Assembly: GCF_037042905.1 (NCBI RefSeq) | Contig: NC_087251.1 | Coordinates: forward strand, 24,554,001-24,618,000 | Source: Lytechinus pictus | Lineage: Eukaryota | DNA length: 64,000 nt | Direction: 5' to 3' | Part shown: positions 1-11,273 of the stretch, piece by piece | Layout: the number at the start of each line of letters is the position of its first letter | Position numbering within the stretch: the stretch's first letter is position 1 | Translations under genes and position numbers: made by a program | Notes under the pieces: generated by a model | What the model was told of the DNA's origin: nothing | What the model saw: only the letters and a program-made list of their open reading frames with translations | The model's database searches: none

Positions 1-46
1 CGTTACGTAGTGTAAAACATTATGGGAGGGGTGACCCCCCCTCCCC

Positions 47-488
47 CAGTAGAGGCGCACGGCCAATATGGGAGACTGTCTCCCATGAGAGATTATCTCC
101 AATATCAGAGACTTTTGTAAAGAATTTGGGTATCCAATTTCAGAGACAGTCTCCAGTTTGGTAGACCAATTTCCTTTGTTTACATTTGCTGCAAAAGGAT
201 TAGCTTGGCGGCAAATAAAGATGTGATAAGCAGATTTCTCATGAAAAATTACCACTTTTCACCATCTACTTTAAAAATCCACCATCTACTTTTGTTTTGA
301 TAAGGATTTTTGTTGTCATCCACACCCAAAACAAATGGGCTTCTGACCTCAGTGAGACAAAATTTTGGATGGAAAAAATTACACTTTTGTTGGTGTTGTT
401 TCTTTTACTCTTTTGCAAAGCAAGTCTCCAATATGGGAGACAATCTCCCATATTGGAGAGTCTCTCAATTGGCCATGCGCCTCTACTG
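47..488. mobile_element. Non-autonomous DNA transposon (MITE), CAG-terminated, possibly hAT-like
   Basis: Terminal inverted repeats CAGTAGAGGCGCACGGCCAAT (47-) and ATTGGCCATGCGCCTCTACTG (-488), with subterminal ATATGGGAGAC/TCTCCCATAT repeats. No clear TSD, so superfamily is uncertain. Confidence 0.7.
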
Positions 489-496
489 ACATATTA

Positions 497-1431
497 GGTG
501 GTTTCAGACCGCCTCGAAGTTCGTCAGTTCCAGGTATTCTCTGATCGGGAAATTTACCCCGATCAGAAAATACCAGGTATTTTGGTAATGTGAAAGCAAA
601 CTACGCATAATTTCCCCGAAAGAAAATACCCGCTAAATAGTAGGTACTTGGCGAAATTACGAGAACTTTCGCGGGGATTTTTCCAAGGTCGCAAGTATTT
701 TGGCAATGTGAAAGCAATTTACGGGAACTTTTAGCCCAGCGTGCCGTTGGGCGCGGGCGCCGTGGGTGGCTGCTGGGCTAGTGATTTTGAATCTCGCGCC
801 TTGCCTGCTTATACAGACCTAGACAGCTGGCAGCCGTCTGTTTCGAGGAGTTTTTTAACATTTTTTTTTTTTAAATTCTCCTCGTACACAGACGGCTCGC
901 TAGCGTGCAGCCACCATTAGGGGACTTGCAATGCGAAATCCCCCCGTCGGGGCTCTTCAATTTTTGTCTTTAATAAATAAAAATTTTGAAAATTAACGCG
1001 ACCAAAATGCAAATTAATATTCCCTCTTAGGCTAAGCATTAATTGCCCCAAAACGGAGAAAAATCAAGTTAAAAGGAACAAAAACAGTGACTTACCTTGG
1101 CTGTCGCGCAAATTCACTTCCCCGTTTTATCCGATCTTAAGTACATAAACATATGGCCATTGAGTCCCCTGTACAGATCGCGCTAGAACTTCGGTCTCTG
1201 TATTTGGTGAGTGAAGCCAACGGAGTTCAGCTGAACAACCAACATAACAGTGACCGAAGCTTTTGGTCCAATACAGACCATACTGCGCATGCTCGTAACT
1301 TCAGGAACTTATCCCAAAGGGTGTGTTTCGGGGCGGTGTGAATGCAGGAATAATTAATGGGTATTTTTTAGCCTAAAAATGTTCTTGTAATTTAACAGGG
1401 ATTCTTGTGATCGAGGCGGTTTGAAACCGCC
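497..1431. mobile_element. PIF/Harbinger-like MITE carrying a nested insertion
   Basis: TIRs GGTGGTTTCAGACCGCCTCGA and TCGAGGCGGTTTGAAACCGCC, flanked by TTA on both sides (494-496, 1432-1434), the typical Harbinger TSD. Confidence 0.8.
820..1270. mobile_element. Nested non-autonomous element with 9-bp TSD and TAGAC...GTCCA termini (Academ-like)
   Basis: Direct repeat ATACAGACC at 811-819 and 1271-1279. The right-end hairpin (about 1189-1270) recurs at 14208-14286, ending GTCTA. Superfamily inferred from TAG..CTA-like termini and 9-bp TSD. Confidence 0.65.
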
Positions 1432-1583
1432 TTAAGTCCGGCAAATCACGCGATAATTAAAATGTGCTGTAATGTGAATATGTAGTCATCACAACCCAGA
1501 CTCCAGAGTCATAAAAGCGTGGAAATCAAAATAAATGAAAAAAATTGACATCCATATAATTATAAATCCAAACTCTTATTTAA

Positions 1584-1995
1584 AGGACAAGTCCACCCCA
1601 ACAGAAAGTTGATTTGAATAAAAAGAGAAAAATCAAACAAGCATAACACTGAAAATTTCATCAAAATCGGATGTAAAGTAAGAAAGTTATGACATTTTAA
1701 AGTTTCGCTTAATTTAACAAAACAGTTATATGCACAACGTCCTTATTGTCAAATCTATAAAAAATGAAATATTGTACAATTAAAACAATAAAAAACAAAA
1801 GAAATAGTGAGTGATGGACATCATCGACTGACTAACCTAGTTGTGCATATCACTTTTTTGTGAAAAATAAGCGAAAATTTAAAATGTCATAACTTTCTTA
1901 TTTTACATCCGATTTTGATGAAATTTTCAGCACTATGCTAGATTCATTTTTCTCTATTTATTCAAGTCAGCATTTTCCTGGGGTGGACTTGACCT
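1584..1995. mobile_element. Kolobok-like MITE, family A
   Basis: TTAA|AGGACAAGTCCACCCC ... GGGTGGACTTGACCT|TTAA with long imperfect TIRs; related to 6382-6985. Confidence 0.8.
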
Positions 1996-2044
1996 TTAAT
2001 CAGACTATACAGGTTCCCCGACAGGTTCGATGCGGTGTACCTAT

Positions 2045-2160
2045 GTAATAAATACTACGTACGTACGTAATAAATACTACGTATGTACGTAATAATACTA
2101 CGTACGTACGTAATAATACTACGTACGTACGTAAATATATTACGTACGTACCGTATGTAA
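2045..2160. repeat. Minisatellite, about 21-22 bp unit GTAATAAATACTACGTACGTAC, about 5 copies
   Basis: Directly visible tandem units, each containing self-complementary TACGTACGTA. Confidence 0.85.
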
Positions 2161-2815
2161 TTGTAAATTATTTTTGTAATAATTTTTTTTTTTCTTCATC
2201 AAAATTTCCGGTTCGGGGCTTTGTACCTCAAGGCTATACAGTCACAGGATCATATTTAACACTAACAGTTAGTTGGTCTTCATTCTAATCGAGCTAAAAC
2301 TCGGCTGTTAAATGAATCAATCATCAGCTGGTCCGCCAGAATGCCTGAAACCAATCATTAGTAGTCATTACCAATAACATTACATAAAATTGAACAGATG
2401 GGACATAACTACTCATTTCCATAACACACACATTTTCAACTCGATAAAAACACTATATATCTGAGATAAGTGTAAATATGCTCCAAATGATGAAGAGTTC
2501 TCTAGAAAATTTTCTCAAAAATGAAAAATAAAATACAACTTACGACATGATGTTCAATTACAAAGGGGATAAAATCATCAACTAAAAGTACCGCTTCGAC
2601 GTTGAACAATCAAGATCAGCTAGCTGATTAACATTTCGCTGATCTCGTTTAGCGCGCTGCCTCATGATGAAGCGGCTGAGCTAGCGCTAGCTGGCCTGCC
2701 TCACTGATGGACTGCCTACACTGAACTAGAGATACGTGGAATGCGTGTCCCTATTCCCAACGTACACAAAGCCGTGCGGCAACGAAGAGCATCGGGCTTC
2801 ACGCTCGACTGAGCG

Positions 2816-2838
2816 CGCCGCCATTTTGCTAGGTCAAT
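2816..2838 (-). promoter_or_regulatory. YY1-type motif in a CpG-rich island; possible promoter of a leftward (minus-strand) gene
   Basis: CGCCGCCATTTTGCTAGGTCAAT contains the YY1 core CCGCCATTTT. A minus-strand ATG TC|GTAAGT donor lies at 2548-2538. Confidence 0.4.
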
Positions 2839-3134
2839 ACTGGCTGGTCGGCAAATGCTGCGTGTATATAGGCAGATGGGAGAAAGGAACGCAAAGAAAG
2901 TGTTCCTTGCTTTGTTACATCATGAACTATATGTTATCGAATACTTTCATAACTGAAAATGTTGATTTAGTCACATTTTTGTATTAAAGGGGAGTAAACA
3001 TATACAGTCATGAAATCATAAAAAACTCGACCTTTTTCACGCGCACGCTGTGACAAGGAAAGGCCCCACAACAAATATGCTTTCTGAGTAGGCCTAGCTG
3101 GTTGCATAAAAAAAAATCTTTTAACGATTAGAGA

Positions 3135-3690
3135 TCATGTCCCTTTCTCTAGCTTTTTTTTTAAACCTCCCTTCTCATTCAACTATTCATCTCATCTCAT
3201 TTTCTCTGATTTTCCTCTTCTGTCCATCTCTCTTATCCTCTCCATCCCCTTCTATTTCTTCCATTTCTACTTTCATGCCCCTCTCTCTCTTATTTCTCTC
3301 CTTTATATCATCTCGATCTCCCTCTTTATTATTTTCCTTTCTCTTTGGCTTCTTTCTCTCTCATCTCCTCGTCTTTCTCATCTCTCTCTCTTACATTCCC
3401 TCTCTCTCTTTCCCCATAATTATATCTTTCTTTTATTTCCCCATCTCCCTTATATCGAGCCCTCTTTTATCTCCCTCTCGTCTCGCCTTTCTCTCCTCAC
3501 CTCTTTCTCATTCCTCGATTTCCCCTCTCTCTCCCTCTCTCTCTCTCCTTCTCTTTGATCTTCCTCTTCTTTCCATCTCTTCTCGTTGATCGTCTGTTTC
3601 TTTTTCTCTCTCTCCATCTTTACAATTTTTCCTTCAACTTTCTCTATATGAATTTTGAGTAAATATTCCCTTCCCTCCCTCTCATACTCT
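3135..3690. repeat. CT-rich polypyrimidine low-complexity tract
   Basis: Almost pure C/T on the + strand; explains the spurious S/L/F-rich ORF 3137-3589. Confidence 0.85.
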
Positions 3691-4128
3691 TCAATCACAC
3701 ATTCAGGGTGAAAAATTGAATAGAAGTTTAAGGGCAAGAAGGTTGTTACTTTTAATGAGCCTTCAAAGTTGGACCTTCGTGTGCTCAGCAAGGAAATATC
3801 TACTATAAAGTACCGTGTATGTAAAAATGGGCACAATAGAATTTGAATTCTTATGAAATTTAATTTGGAAGAGCATGGATGTTGCACGACATGTGCTTAC
3901 ATCAATACACTTTTACATAAAGGAATGGGTGATGGATAAACAAAACCAAGTCAACTCTAACAAGTTTACTATTAGAGCACAAATCAGAAAGTCATAGCAA
4001 TGGTAATTCCATTTAAAAAGTTGTTGCACTAAATTTCGCTTATTTTCACATACCAGTTATATGCATATCCTGGTGAGTATGAAATATTCCACAAGTCAAA
4101 AATTGTACAAAAAGACCACTACCTCTTG

Positions 4129-5607
4129 TCAAATGACCAGACGTCCCGTATTTCCCGGGATCGTCCCGTATTTTGCTCCTTAATTTGTCCCGGCGTCCCG
4201 ACAAACCCTTCCCGGGACATATCTGTCCCGTATTTTTAGAATATTGAACAAAATATAGTTGATAAATTAAAAAGTGACGAATTTTCATCACATAACCAAA
4301 CAGAATGACGAAGCAGAGACAACAATAAATCGATAACTAAAACTTTTGCAAGTTCTGTGGGTGATTTTTATCCTAACCAAATACATTGCAAACGAGCTGG
4401 CTTCCTGCCTGTCACTCACACTAGTACGAGGTTAGTATTATTGCCTGCATGTGTGTGAAACAGGCTCTATGCATGTAGGATCGGAGCATAATGATGCAAA
4501 CAATCTCACATGATAAACAGTTTTTCCACCAAAATAATCACAAAATCGGCGGAAAATTTTTATGATCGTAATTCTCAGATTACTGATTAAATAGGATCGG
4601 AGGAACAAGTTTTTTTTAGTTTTCATAACGGGATCTACATGCAGTTGTTTTAGCTTTTTGAGTCTTGTTGTGTATATAGGATGCCGGCGCTGTTTCCTCT
4701 CATTTGTAAGTTGACAATGTTTCACTTTGAAATTTTATTCATTTCTAAACCACTTAGTTTTCCAAAATTAAAAAAAAACACCAAATATCATTATCATTTC
4801 TGTTAGATGACTGGATTGCTTTTGTTTGCTTGAAGTTTGAACTTTTTCCTCTTTCCTTTTTATCCTTCATCCTTCTATCCTTGTTTTTTTTTTGTTCCAT
4901 CTACATCTTTTAATATTTCATACCTTTCTTTCCTGATCCTTTCTGTGTTTTAATTTTCTTTCTTTCCTTCTTCCTCCGTATCTGCCATTTTTATTTCCGT
5001 CATTCTTTCTTTCCTTATACTTTTATTTACTCCCTTCCTCACCTTTTTCTTTTCGTTTTTTCTCTCCTTCCATTATTTTTTTTATTTTCTCCTCCCTTCA
5101 ATCTTTCCTCCCTCTCTTTCATTCTTTCTTTCATTCTCTATTTTTTCCTTCTTCTTCTTTCCCCTTATTCTTTCTTTCTTTCCCTCCCCCTTCCTTCATT
5201 TTCCCTTCCCGTTTTCTTCTTTCAAAGAAAAAAAAAACATTTTTCTTTCCTTTATTCTTTGTTTCCTCCTCCTTTTTCTTATTTTGTCTTTCACACATCT
5301 TCCCTTTCTTTCTTTTTATTTCTTTCTATATTGGGTGAATTCAAAGAATGACGGAAACCTTTTTTTTTCTCTTTTATTCTTTCTTTCATCGTCCTTTTGA
5401 TTATTCTAACTTTCCGCTTTTATTTTCCCCTTCATTTGTTCTTTCTTCTTTCTCATTTCTTTTCTTTCGTCTTTTTTTTCTCTCCTTCATTCTTTCGTTA
5501 TCCCTCCCTTCCAATTCTTTTTATTTTTTTCACAAGTATAACATCGTGTAGCCTTCTTTGATGAGGCGATTGTCCCGTATTTCATTTTGTGAAATCTGGT
5601 CACCCTG
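4129..5607. mobile_element. Degenerate hAT-like non-autonomous element with CT-rich interior
   Basis: Right terminus TCTGGTCACCCTG; left remnant TGACCAGACGTCCCG; GTCCCG(TAT) subterminal repeats at both ends; T/C-rich tract at about 4840-5540. Confidence 0.5.
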
Positions 5608-5799
5608 AATTAGACCCTTTTTTTTAACTACATGAATTACCAGGTCCCAGTACATTGTGCATATAGAAATATGTTTGTACATGATTGGCTTAATGACATT
5701 AAAATACACTTTGCCACACTATTAATTTTATATTTATAGAGAAAACATATTGCATCTTGCACATATTTTCAATTGCCTTCTACGGCGCGCTCTCGAACA

Positions 5800-5822
5800 A
5801 TTGACCTAGCAAAATGGCGGCG
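5800..5822 (+). promoter_or_regulatory. YY1-type motif in a CpG-rich island; exact inverted copy of 2816-2838
   Basis: ATTGACCTAGCAAAATGGCGGCG, followed by an E-box GTCACGTGAC. Confidence 0.4.
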
Positions 5823-6381
5823 GTCACGTGACTTATCGATTTCGCCGGCGCTGTTTTGCTTGGGTGAACACGACTTCCACGTATTTTTAGTTCAGTGACT
5901 GCCTAGCATGCAGCACGGCAGAGCGCTGCGCTGACTGCACTGCTGCTCAAAGTGTGTCTCCGCAAAGTGTCTGAGTGCATGCAGAATTGAAGGAAGCAGC
6001 AAAATATTATGTGCCGCGTCGAGATTAGTCTGCAGGCACAGACCTTCGGTTTTCACACAGCGCATATGCAGAGTCTGAAGTAGTGAGACTAGATTCACTC
6101 AATTAGCGGTGGCCTATTCTACCAAATCTGATTTGACACAGACAAAACAATTGGAGTCTTCAATCTAGTCATGGTATAAGTTGTCAAATTTTAGTCTGTG
6201 CTTGTAGACTATGTTGAAATTTCTATTTTGGAGATTGGTATGATTCAATATACAAAAATACATGTAGATCTATAATTCCCACATCGTAGATAAAGCCAAA
6301 CAATCGTGATCGAATTGATACAAATCGGATATCAGATAGTAATTATTTTTATTATTTTTATTTTTTTCACAGAATAGTTAA

Positions 6382-6985
6382 AGGTCAAGTCCATCCCAAA
6401 AAAATGATGATTTGAATAAATAGAGAAAAATCCAACGAGCAAAACGCTAAAAATTTCATCAGAATCGGATGTCAAATAAGAAAGTTATGACATTTTAAAG
6501 TTTCGCTTATTTTTCACAAAACAATTATATGCACATCTCAGTGACATGCAAATGAGACAGTCGATGAGGTCCATCACTCACTTTTTCTTTTGTTTTTTAT
6601 TGTTTGAATTATACAATATTTCATTTTTTACAGGTTTGACATTAAGGACCAACTTGACTGAACCATATAGTATTAAAACAATGCTAATTCCACGTGTTCA
6701 GGGAGGAATTAATCTTTGTTTAACTTGACAATGAGGAGAAAATTAGAATATTTCATATTTCATATAATGAAATACAAAAGAAATAGTGAGTGGATGACGT
6801 CATCAGTCTCCTCATTTGCATACCGACCAGGATGTACATATAACTGTTTTGTGAAATTAAGCAAAACTTAAAACTGTCATAACTTTCTTATTTTACATCC
6901 GATTTTGATGAACTTTTCAGTGTTATGCTGGTTGGATTTTTCTCTATTTATTCAAATCAACTAATGGTTGGGGTGGACTTGTCCT
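6382..6985. mobile_element. Kolobok-like MITE, family A
   Basis: TTAA|AGGTCAAGTCCATCCC ... GGGTGGACTTGTCCT|TTAA; shares arms with 1584-1995. Confidence 0.8.
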
Positions 6986-6992
6986 TTAATTC

Positions 6993-7097
6993 ATTCATGG
7001 ACCTATCCACGGAGGATTATTCTATTGTCACTGGGGGTGCTGAGCATTGTCACAGCACCCCCAGTAACAATAGATAATCCTCCGTAGATATATAGGT
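6993..7097. mobile_element. Small palindromic (foldback) element interrupted by the Penelope insertion; its right tip resumes at 10703-10723
   Basis: ATTCATGGACCTAT...GGGGGTGCTG pairs with CAGCACCCCC...TAGATATATAGGT plus CCATGAAT (10716-10723). The same CATGGACCTA/TAGGTCCATG termini occur at about 22288-22320. Confidence 0.7.
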
Positions 7098-7120
7098 TCT
7101 CTCATCAGGCTCTCTCATCA

Positions 7121-9008
7121 CTCAAAAACAGGTCCGACATCATCATCAAGCCTGCAGACAAAGGATCAGCCGTCGTTGTTATGGACCGCCAGCAGTACAT
7201 CGATGAAGCCATGAAACATCTCAATAATCGATCTCACTATGCACTCCTCGATTCTGACCCTACTTGTAATTTCTCCCTACAGATCAAATCGACACTGAAT
7301 GACATGAAAGAACACGAGCATCTCTCTGAGAAGGCCCACAAATTTCTCTCCCCTACTAATGCTAAACCTGCCCGCTTCTATCTCCTCCCGAAGATCCACA
7401 AACCTGCCAACCCCGGTCGACCCATCCTCTCAGGAAATGGTTCCTCAACAGAGAACATCTCCCTTTTTGTTGATTACCACATTAAGCCCCTTAATTGTCT
7501 CACGTGCACCCTCTTACATCCACGACACTCCAGACTTTCTCAGGAAACTAAATGACATCAAGGACCCGAGACTGCGATCATCGGCACTTTCGATGTTTCT
7601 TCACTGTACACCAGCATTAATTCCCCACGACGAAGGTATCCAAGCATCATGTGAAGCTAGCCTTGGCCGCCAGTGGCCATTCCAGTCCCCCCATATCCGA
7701 TATCAAATCTCTGATGTCTCATGTACTAACAAAAAACAGCTTCACATTCATGGGCAAGCACTATACCTACAGATATTCGGTACAGCAATGGGCATCCGGA
7801 TGGCTCCTTCATTCGCCTGTCTCTTCATGACGAAGCTGGAACAGCAGATGTTAGATTCAGCCCCCTGTCGCCCATGGATTTGGTGGCGTTACATAGACGA
7901 CATTTTCTTCATCTGGACCAGAGTGAAGACAGCCTCCATACATTCATTGACCACATCAATTCCTTCCACAGGACCATCAAATTCACTTCTGATTTCTCCC
8001 AACAGGAAACCCACTTCCTTGATGTTACAGTCCAGAAAAAGTATAATGGTATCACCACTACCCTATACTCTAAACCCACAGATACCCACCAGTACCTCCA
8101 CTCATCCAGCTGCCACCCCCGTCACTGCAAAACCGGCATCGCTTACAGTCAAGCCCTCAGACTTCGCCGTATCTGCTCCGAGGACCCTGATTTTTCCTTC
8201 CATGCCAGGAATTTGCAGAAACATCTCTGTGCCAGGGGCCACGGGCCAGGGCAGCTAGTCCAACTGGCAATTAACAAAGTTCGTTCTCTCCCCAGATCTG
8301 AAGTTCTCAAACCAAAAAGTGACAAGGAGACCACCGACAGAATACCGCTTGTGACCACCTTCCATCCCAATCTACCCCCTCTCCGCAAAATCCTGTTTGA
8401 TAACCACCACATTTTACCAAGGAGTTGGAAGCTCCTTGATTTTACACACTTCTGATCGTCTCCAACAGGCCGTTCCCGATACTCCCCTTCTAGCATACCG
8501 ACGCCCACCGAATCTCAGGGACCTCATTGTTCGTGCTGAAGTGCCCTCCCTCACTAACCATTCTTCTCCCATACAACATGGCACCTTCAAATGCACCAGC
8601 AACAGGTGCATCATATGTGAAATACACCTTCACGAGGGCGATACTTTCACCAGCAACTCTACCAGCCTGTCTCACCAAATCAAGGGCAACATCACATGCA
8701 CTACCACTAATGTTGTATATCTCATCACTTGCAGAGTTTGTAGGGTACAATACATAGGGGAAACCAAGACCACACTCAAGAAACGATTCTACGGGCACAG
8801 ATCCACCGTCAACACAGCAAAGCTGGACACTCCAGTTGGCCGCCATTTTAACCTCCCCAACCACTCCATCACTGACATGATGCTACAGGGCATCGAATCT
8901 TTAGGTACCCGTCCTGACTCAGTCCGTACTAGCAGGGAGAAGCTCTGGATGAGACGACTTCGCACCACCCAACCTCATGGCCTGAACATCCAAGAGGGGA
9001 ACGACTGA
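7121..9008 (+). pseudogene. Frameshifted PLE reverse transcriptase + GIY-YIG endonuclease ORF
   Basis: Motifs are spread over several frames: IIIKPADKGSAVVVMDR, FYLLPKIHK..GRPI, GTAMG..MAPSFA, WWRYIDDIF, FLDV, YSKPTD..YLH.SSCHP, Cys-rich linker CTSNRCIIC, NVVYLITC..C..QYIGET...RF.GH, and REKLW..RLRT..PHGLN. Confidence 0.9.
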
Positions 9009-9165
9009 TTTTTCTTTCCTATCCACTTTCAATTTTTATATACATATAGTTTTTCCCCTCAGCTCTTTTGAATAGTTACATTATAGTTTCTTACTCTACT
9101 TTCCTCCCATATCTCATACAAGCTTAGCTCCAATTTTTCCTTCCTTATTCAGGCGATATAATAAT

Positions 9166-9167
<2 letters not shown>

Positions 9168-9197
<30 letters not shown>
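9168..9197. repeat. (TA)n microsatellite
   Basis: Directly visible, inside the PLE 3' region. Confidence 0.9.
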
Positions 9198-9202
<5 letters not shown>

Positions 9203-9800
9203 TTTTCTCCACTCACCTCTTTTAGATTTACCACATTTGCTTATTTACATGTATACTATGGTTTCTTCATAATACACCCCCTCTCTTCTATATTTGCTTT
9301 TACTTTTTTTAGGCAATTTGCTTCCTCTTTTTCACATATACAGGGTGTTTTTTTTTTTTTTTTTCCCCTACTATATAGACTTATAGTCTTATGTTTTTTT
9401 CCCGTCACACCTAGCGGATTACAATATCAGTTACACCATATGTGTATTTATATATTTTTTCATATACATTTCTTTTTTGGATATATTTATATACATATCA
9501 CTTATAGATACATATTTACACTTACCTTCTTCTCTTAGTTTGTTTAATGCTTTATCATATATACTTATATGTCTTTTGCACATTATCAGTTGTTCCCCAT
9601 TCTTTTTCTTCCCCCCCCCCCACTCTTATGCACCAGTTTATTAAGCCTTTCTTTGTAACCTGTTTGACCCACCTCTCACTATTTCTCTTGTTTTTCATCC
9701 CATTATCTCTGTTTTGTTCCAGATCCTGTTTGATGTTGCCTGCCTCATTATTTTAATCCCTCTTGGCTTGAGGTCTTTTACTGGCCTTACTTACACATAT

Positions 9801-10479
9801 GGCCCCTGTTACATCTGAAAGTTTCCTACCCGAGACCCGACCGAGTCCACTTGCAACCTTGACTGGATTATTGGTGGATTAGCTTCGCGAACGGACCGAG
9901 TCCGAAATGTGGTCTGTTTACATCACAGCGTTCATTCCCTCCCCTATCGGTACGGTTTCGAGCGGTATCCGATTGCTGACACCAAAGGGCACTCTCGATC
10001 TAGGCTCTGAATAATTTGCGCGCGCTAATTGAAGTTGTTTACATTTCGTTATTCTGGAAGCATGCTGATGATCCCAGCAGTCGTTGAAGATATGATCGAT
10101 TTGAAAAGAATACGTTTAAAGTGCTTCCTTCTTTCCACTAAAATCAAAGACTTTATCAATCACAATTCACATGTCAAAAGCCGCAAAACATTCGAAGAAC
10201 GACGGGGCTGGGGAGGGGATAGCGCGCGCTATGACGTAATTTGACAGCTGGCGAACGGACCGAGATAGGTTTGAAAGCTTGTGTGCGTTTACATCTACGA
10301 ATCGGTGGACCGGGGCCGGCCCGATACCTACCCGAGACTACCTCTTGATGTGGTCTCGGGTAGGTTCGCTAAAAGGTGGCCCGAGGTAGGTTTGGGATGT
10401 TTACATCTGATTTCTTTCCGACCCGAGGTAGGCCCCGGGCCGGCCCGAGGTAGGGAATCTCTCAGATGTAACAGGGGTC
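9801..10479. mobile_element. PIF/Harbinger-like MITE nested in the PLE 3' region
   Basis: TIRs GGCCCCTGTTACATCTGA and TCAGATGTAACAGGGGTC; internal TGTTTACATC and ACCGAG repeats; flanks TAT and TAA (imperfect TSD). Confidence 0.75.
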
Positions 10480-10640
10480 TAACTTCCCTTTGTGTCTGCC
10501 TACTCCTCCCTTTCTTTCATCCCCTTCACTAACCTGATTGGTCTTCTCTATACTCACTAATGCCCCTTTTGTCTCCTTGTTTCTAGCGTTGCTGTAGCTT
10601 GTTTGTGGTCTATATTATGGTTGTTCCACTTTATATGTTT

Positions 10641-10698
10641 GTCATTTTGCCTCCGACGAAGATTCTGCTAGGATCGAAAGCTTAGGCCCCTTTTTGAC
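10641..10698 (+). ncRNA. Minimal type I hammerhead ribozyme motif of the PLE
   Basis: Stem I GUCA..GCCU/AGGC..UGAC; core CCGACGA(A), a CUGANGA variant; stem II GAUUCU-GCU-AGGAUC; GAAA; palindromic AAGCUU in place of stem III. Confidence 0.75.
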
Positions 10699-11273
10699 TT
10701 TCTAGATATATAGGTCCATGAATTTATTATGAGAGGTACGTTCAGTGGCCTGTTCCTATAATCACCCCCGCTATAGTGTTTTCACCTTTTGTAAAGTGGT
10801 AGGTCTACTTCAGGCTGAAAATTATTATTTCCGAATGAATTAGTAAAATTCAATCAACAAAATGCTGGAAAAATACTGGCAATATTTTGTGAAACAGTTA
10901 TATCATGAAGTCCATGGTTATCATGCAACATGCATGGATATACGCATATGTCTTGGCTGATTATGTCATATCCCGGGATCCCCACTGAGACATGACTGCA
11001 TGGAGCAAAATAAGTTTAGCAATAATCATCTCACACTGTGTGACAGTGAAACGCTAGACAGTCCTATTTTGACATTCTGAAAGGAGGAGCAAATTTGGAA
11101 TTAACATAATTTCTGGTTTTGCATTGTCTTGTTTGTCTGATTTCATGTTTAAATCACATAACTTTAAGCCGGGATTATACTCCTGTAAGAAATTAAGATA
11201 ACCGATTTTAAAATGATCAGTGATCACAGGCCTAAAATAGGGTCCTTCGGGACCTGAAATTATGCATCCCGCA

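Larger units (their letters stand above)
7098..10702 (+). mobile_element. Penelope-like retroelement (probably Neptune-type), 5'-truncated
   Basis: RT followed by a GIY-YIG endonuclease, long AT/pyrimidine-rich 3' region, terminal hammerhead motif, and a 13-bp TSD TAGATATATAGGT at 7085-7097 and 10703-10715. Confidence 0.92.

Noticed and set aside
2045..2160. Regular repeats as a possible CRISPR array
   Set aside because: Head-to-tail units with no unique spacers, in eukaryotic context with no cas genes; the same applies to 44084-44985.
2664..2712. ATGATGA...CTGA as a C/D-box snoRNA
   Set aside because: Under 50 nt with a negligible terminal stem and no recognisable guide sequence.
3137..3887. 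ORFs of 150 and 145 aa resembling membrane or charged proteins
   Set aside because: Products of a CT-rich low-complexity tract.
8149..8864. Antisense and alternate-frame ORFs over the PLE
   Set aside because: Shadow frames of the RT/GIY-YIG coding region.
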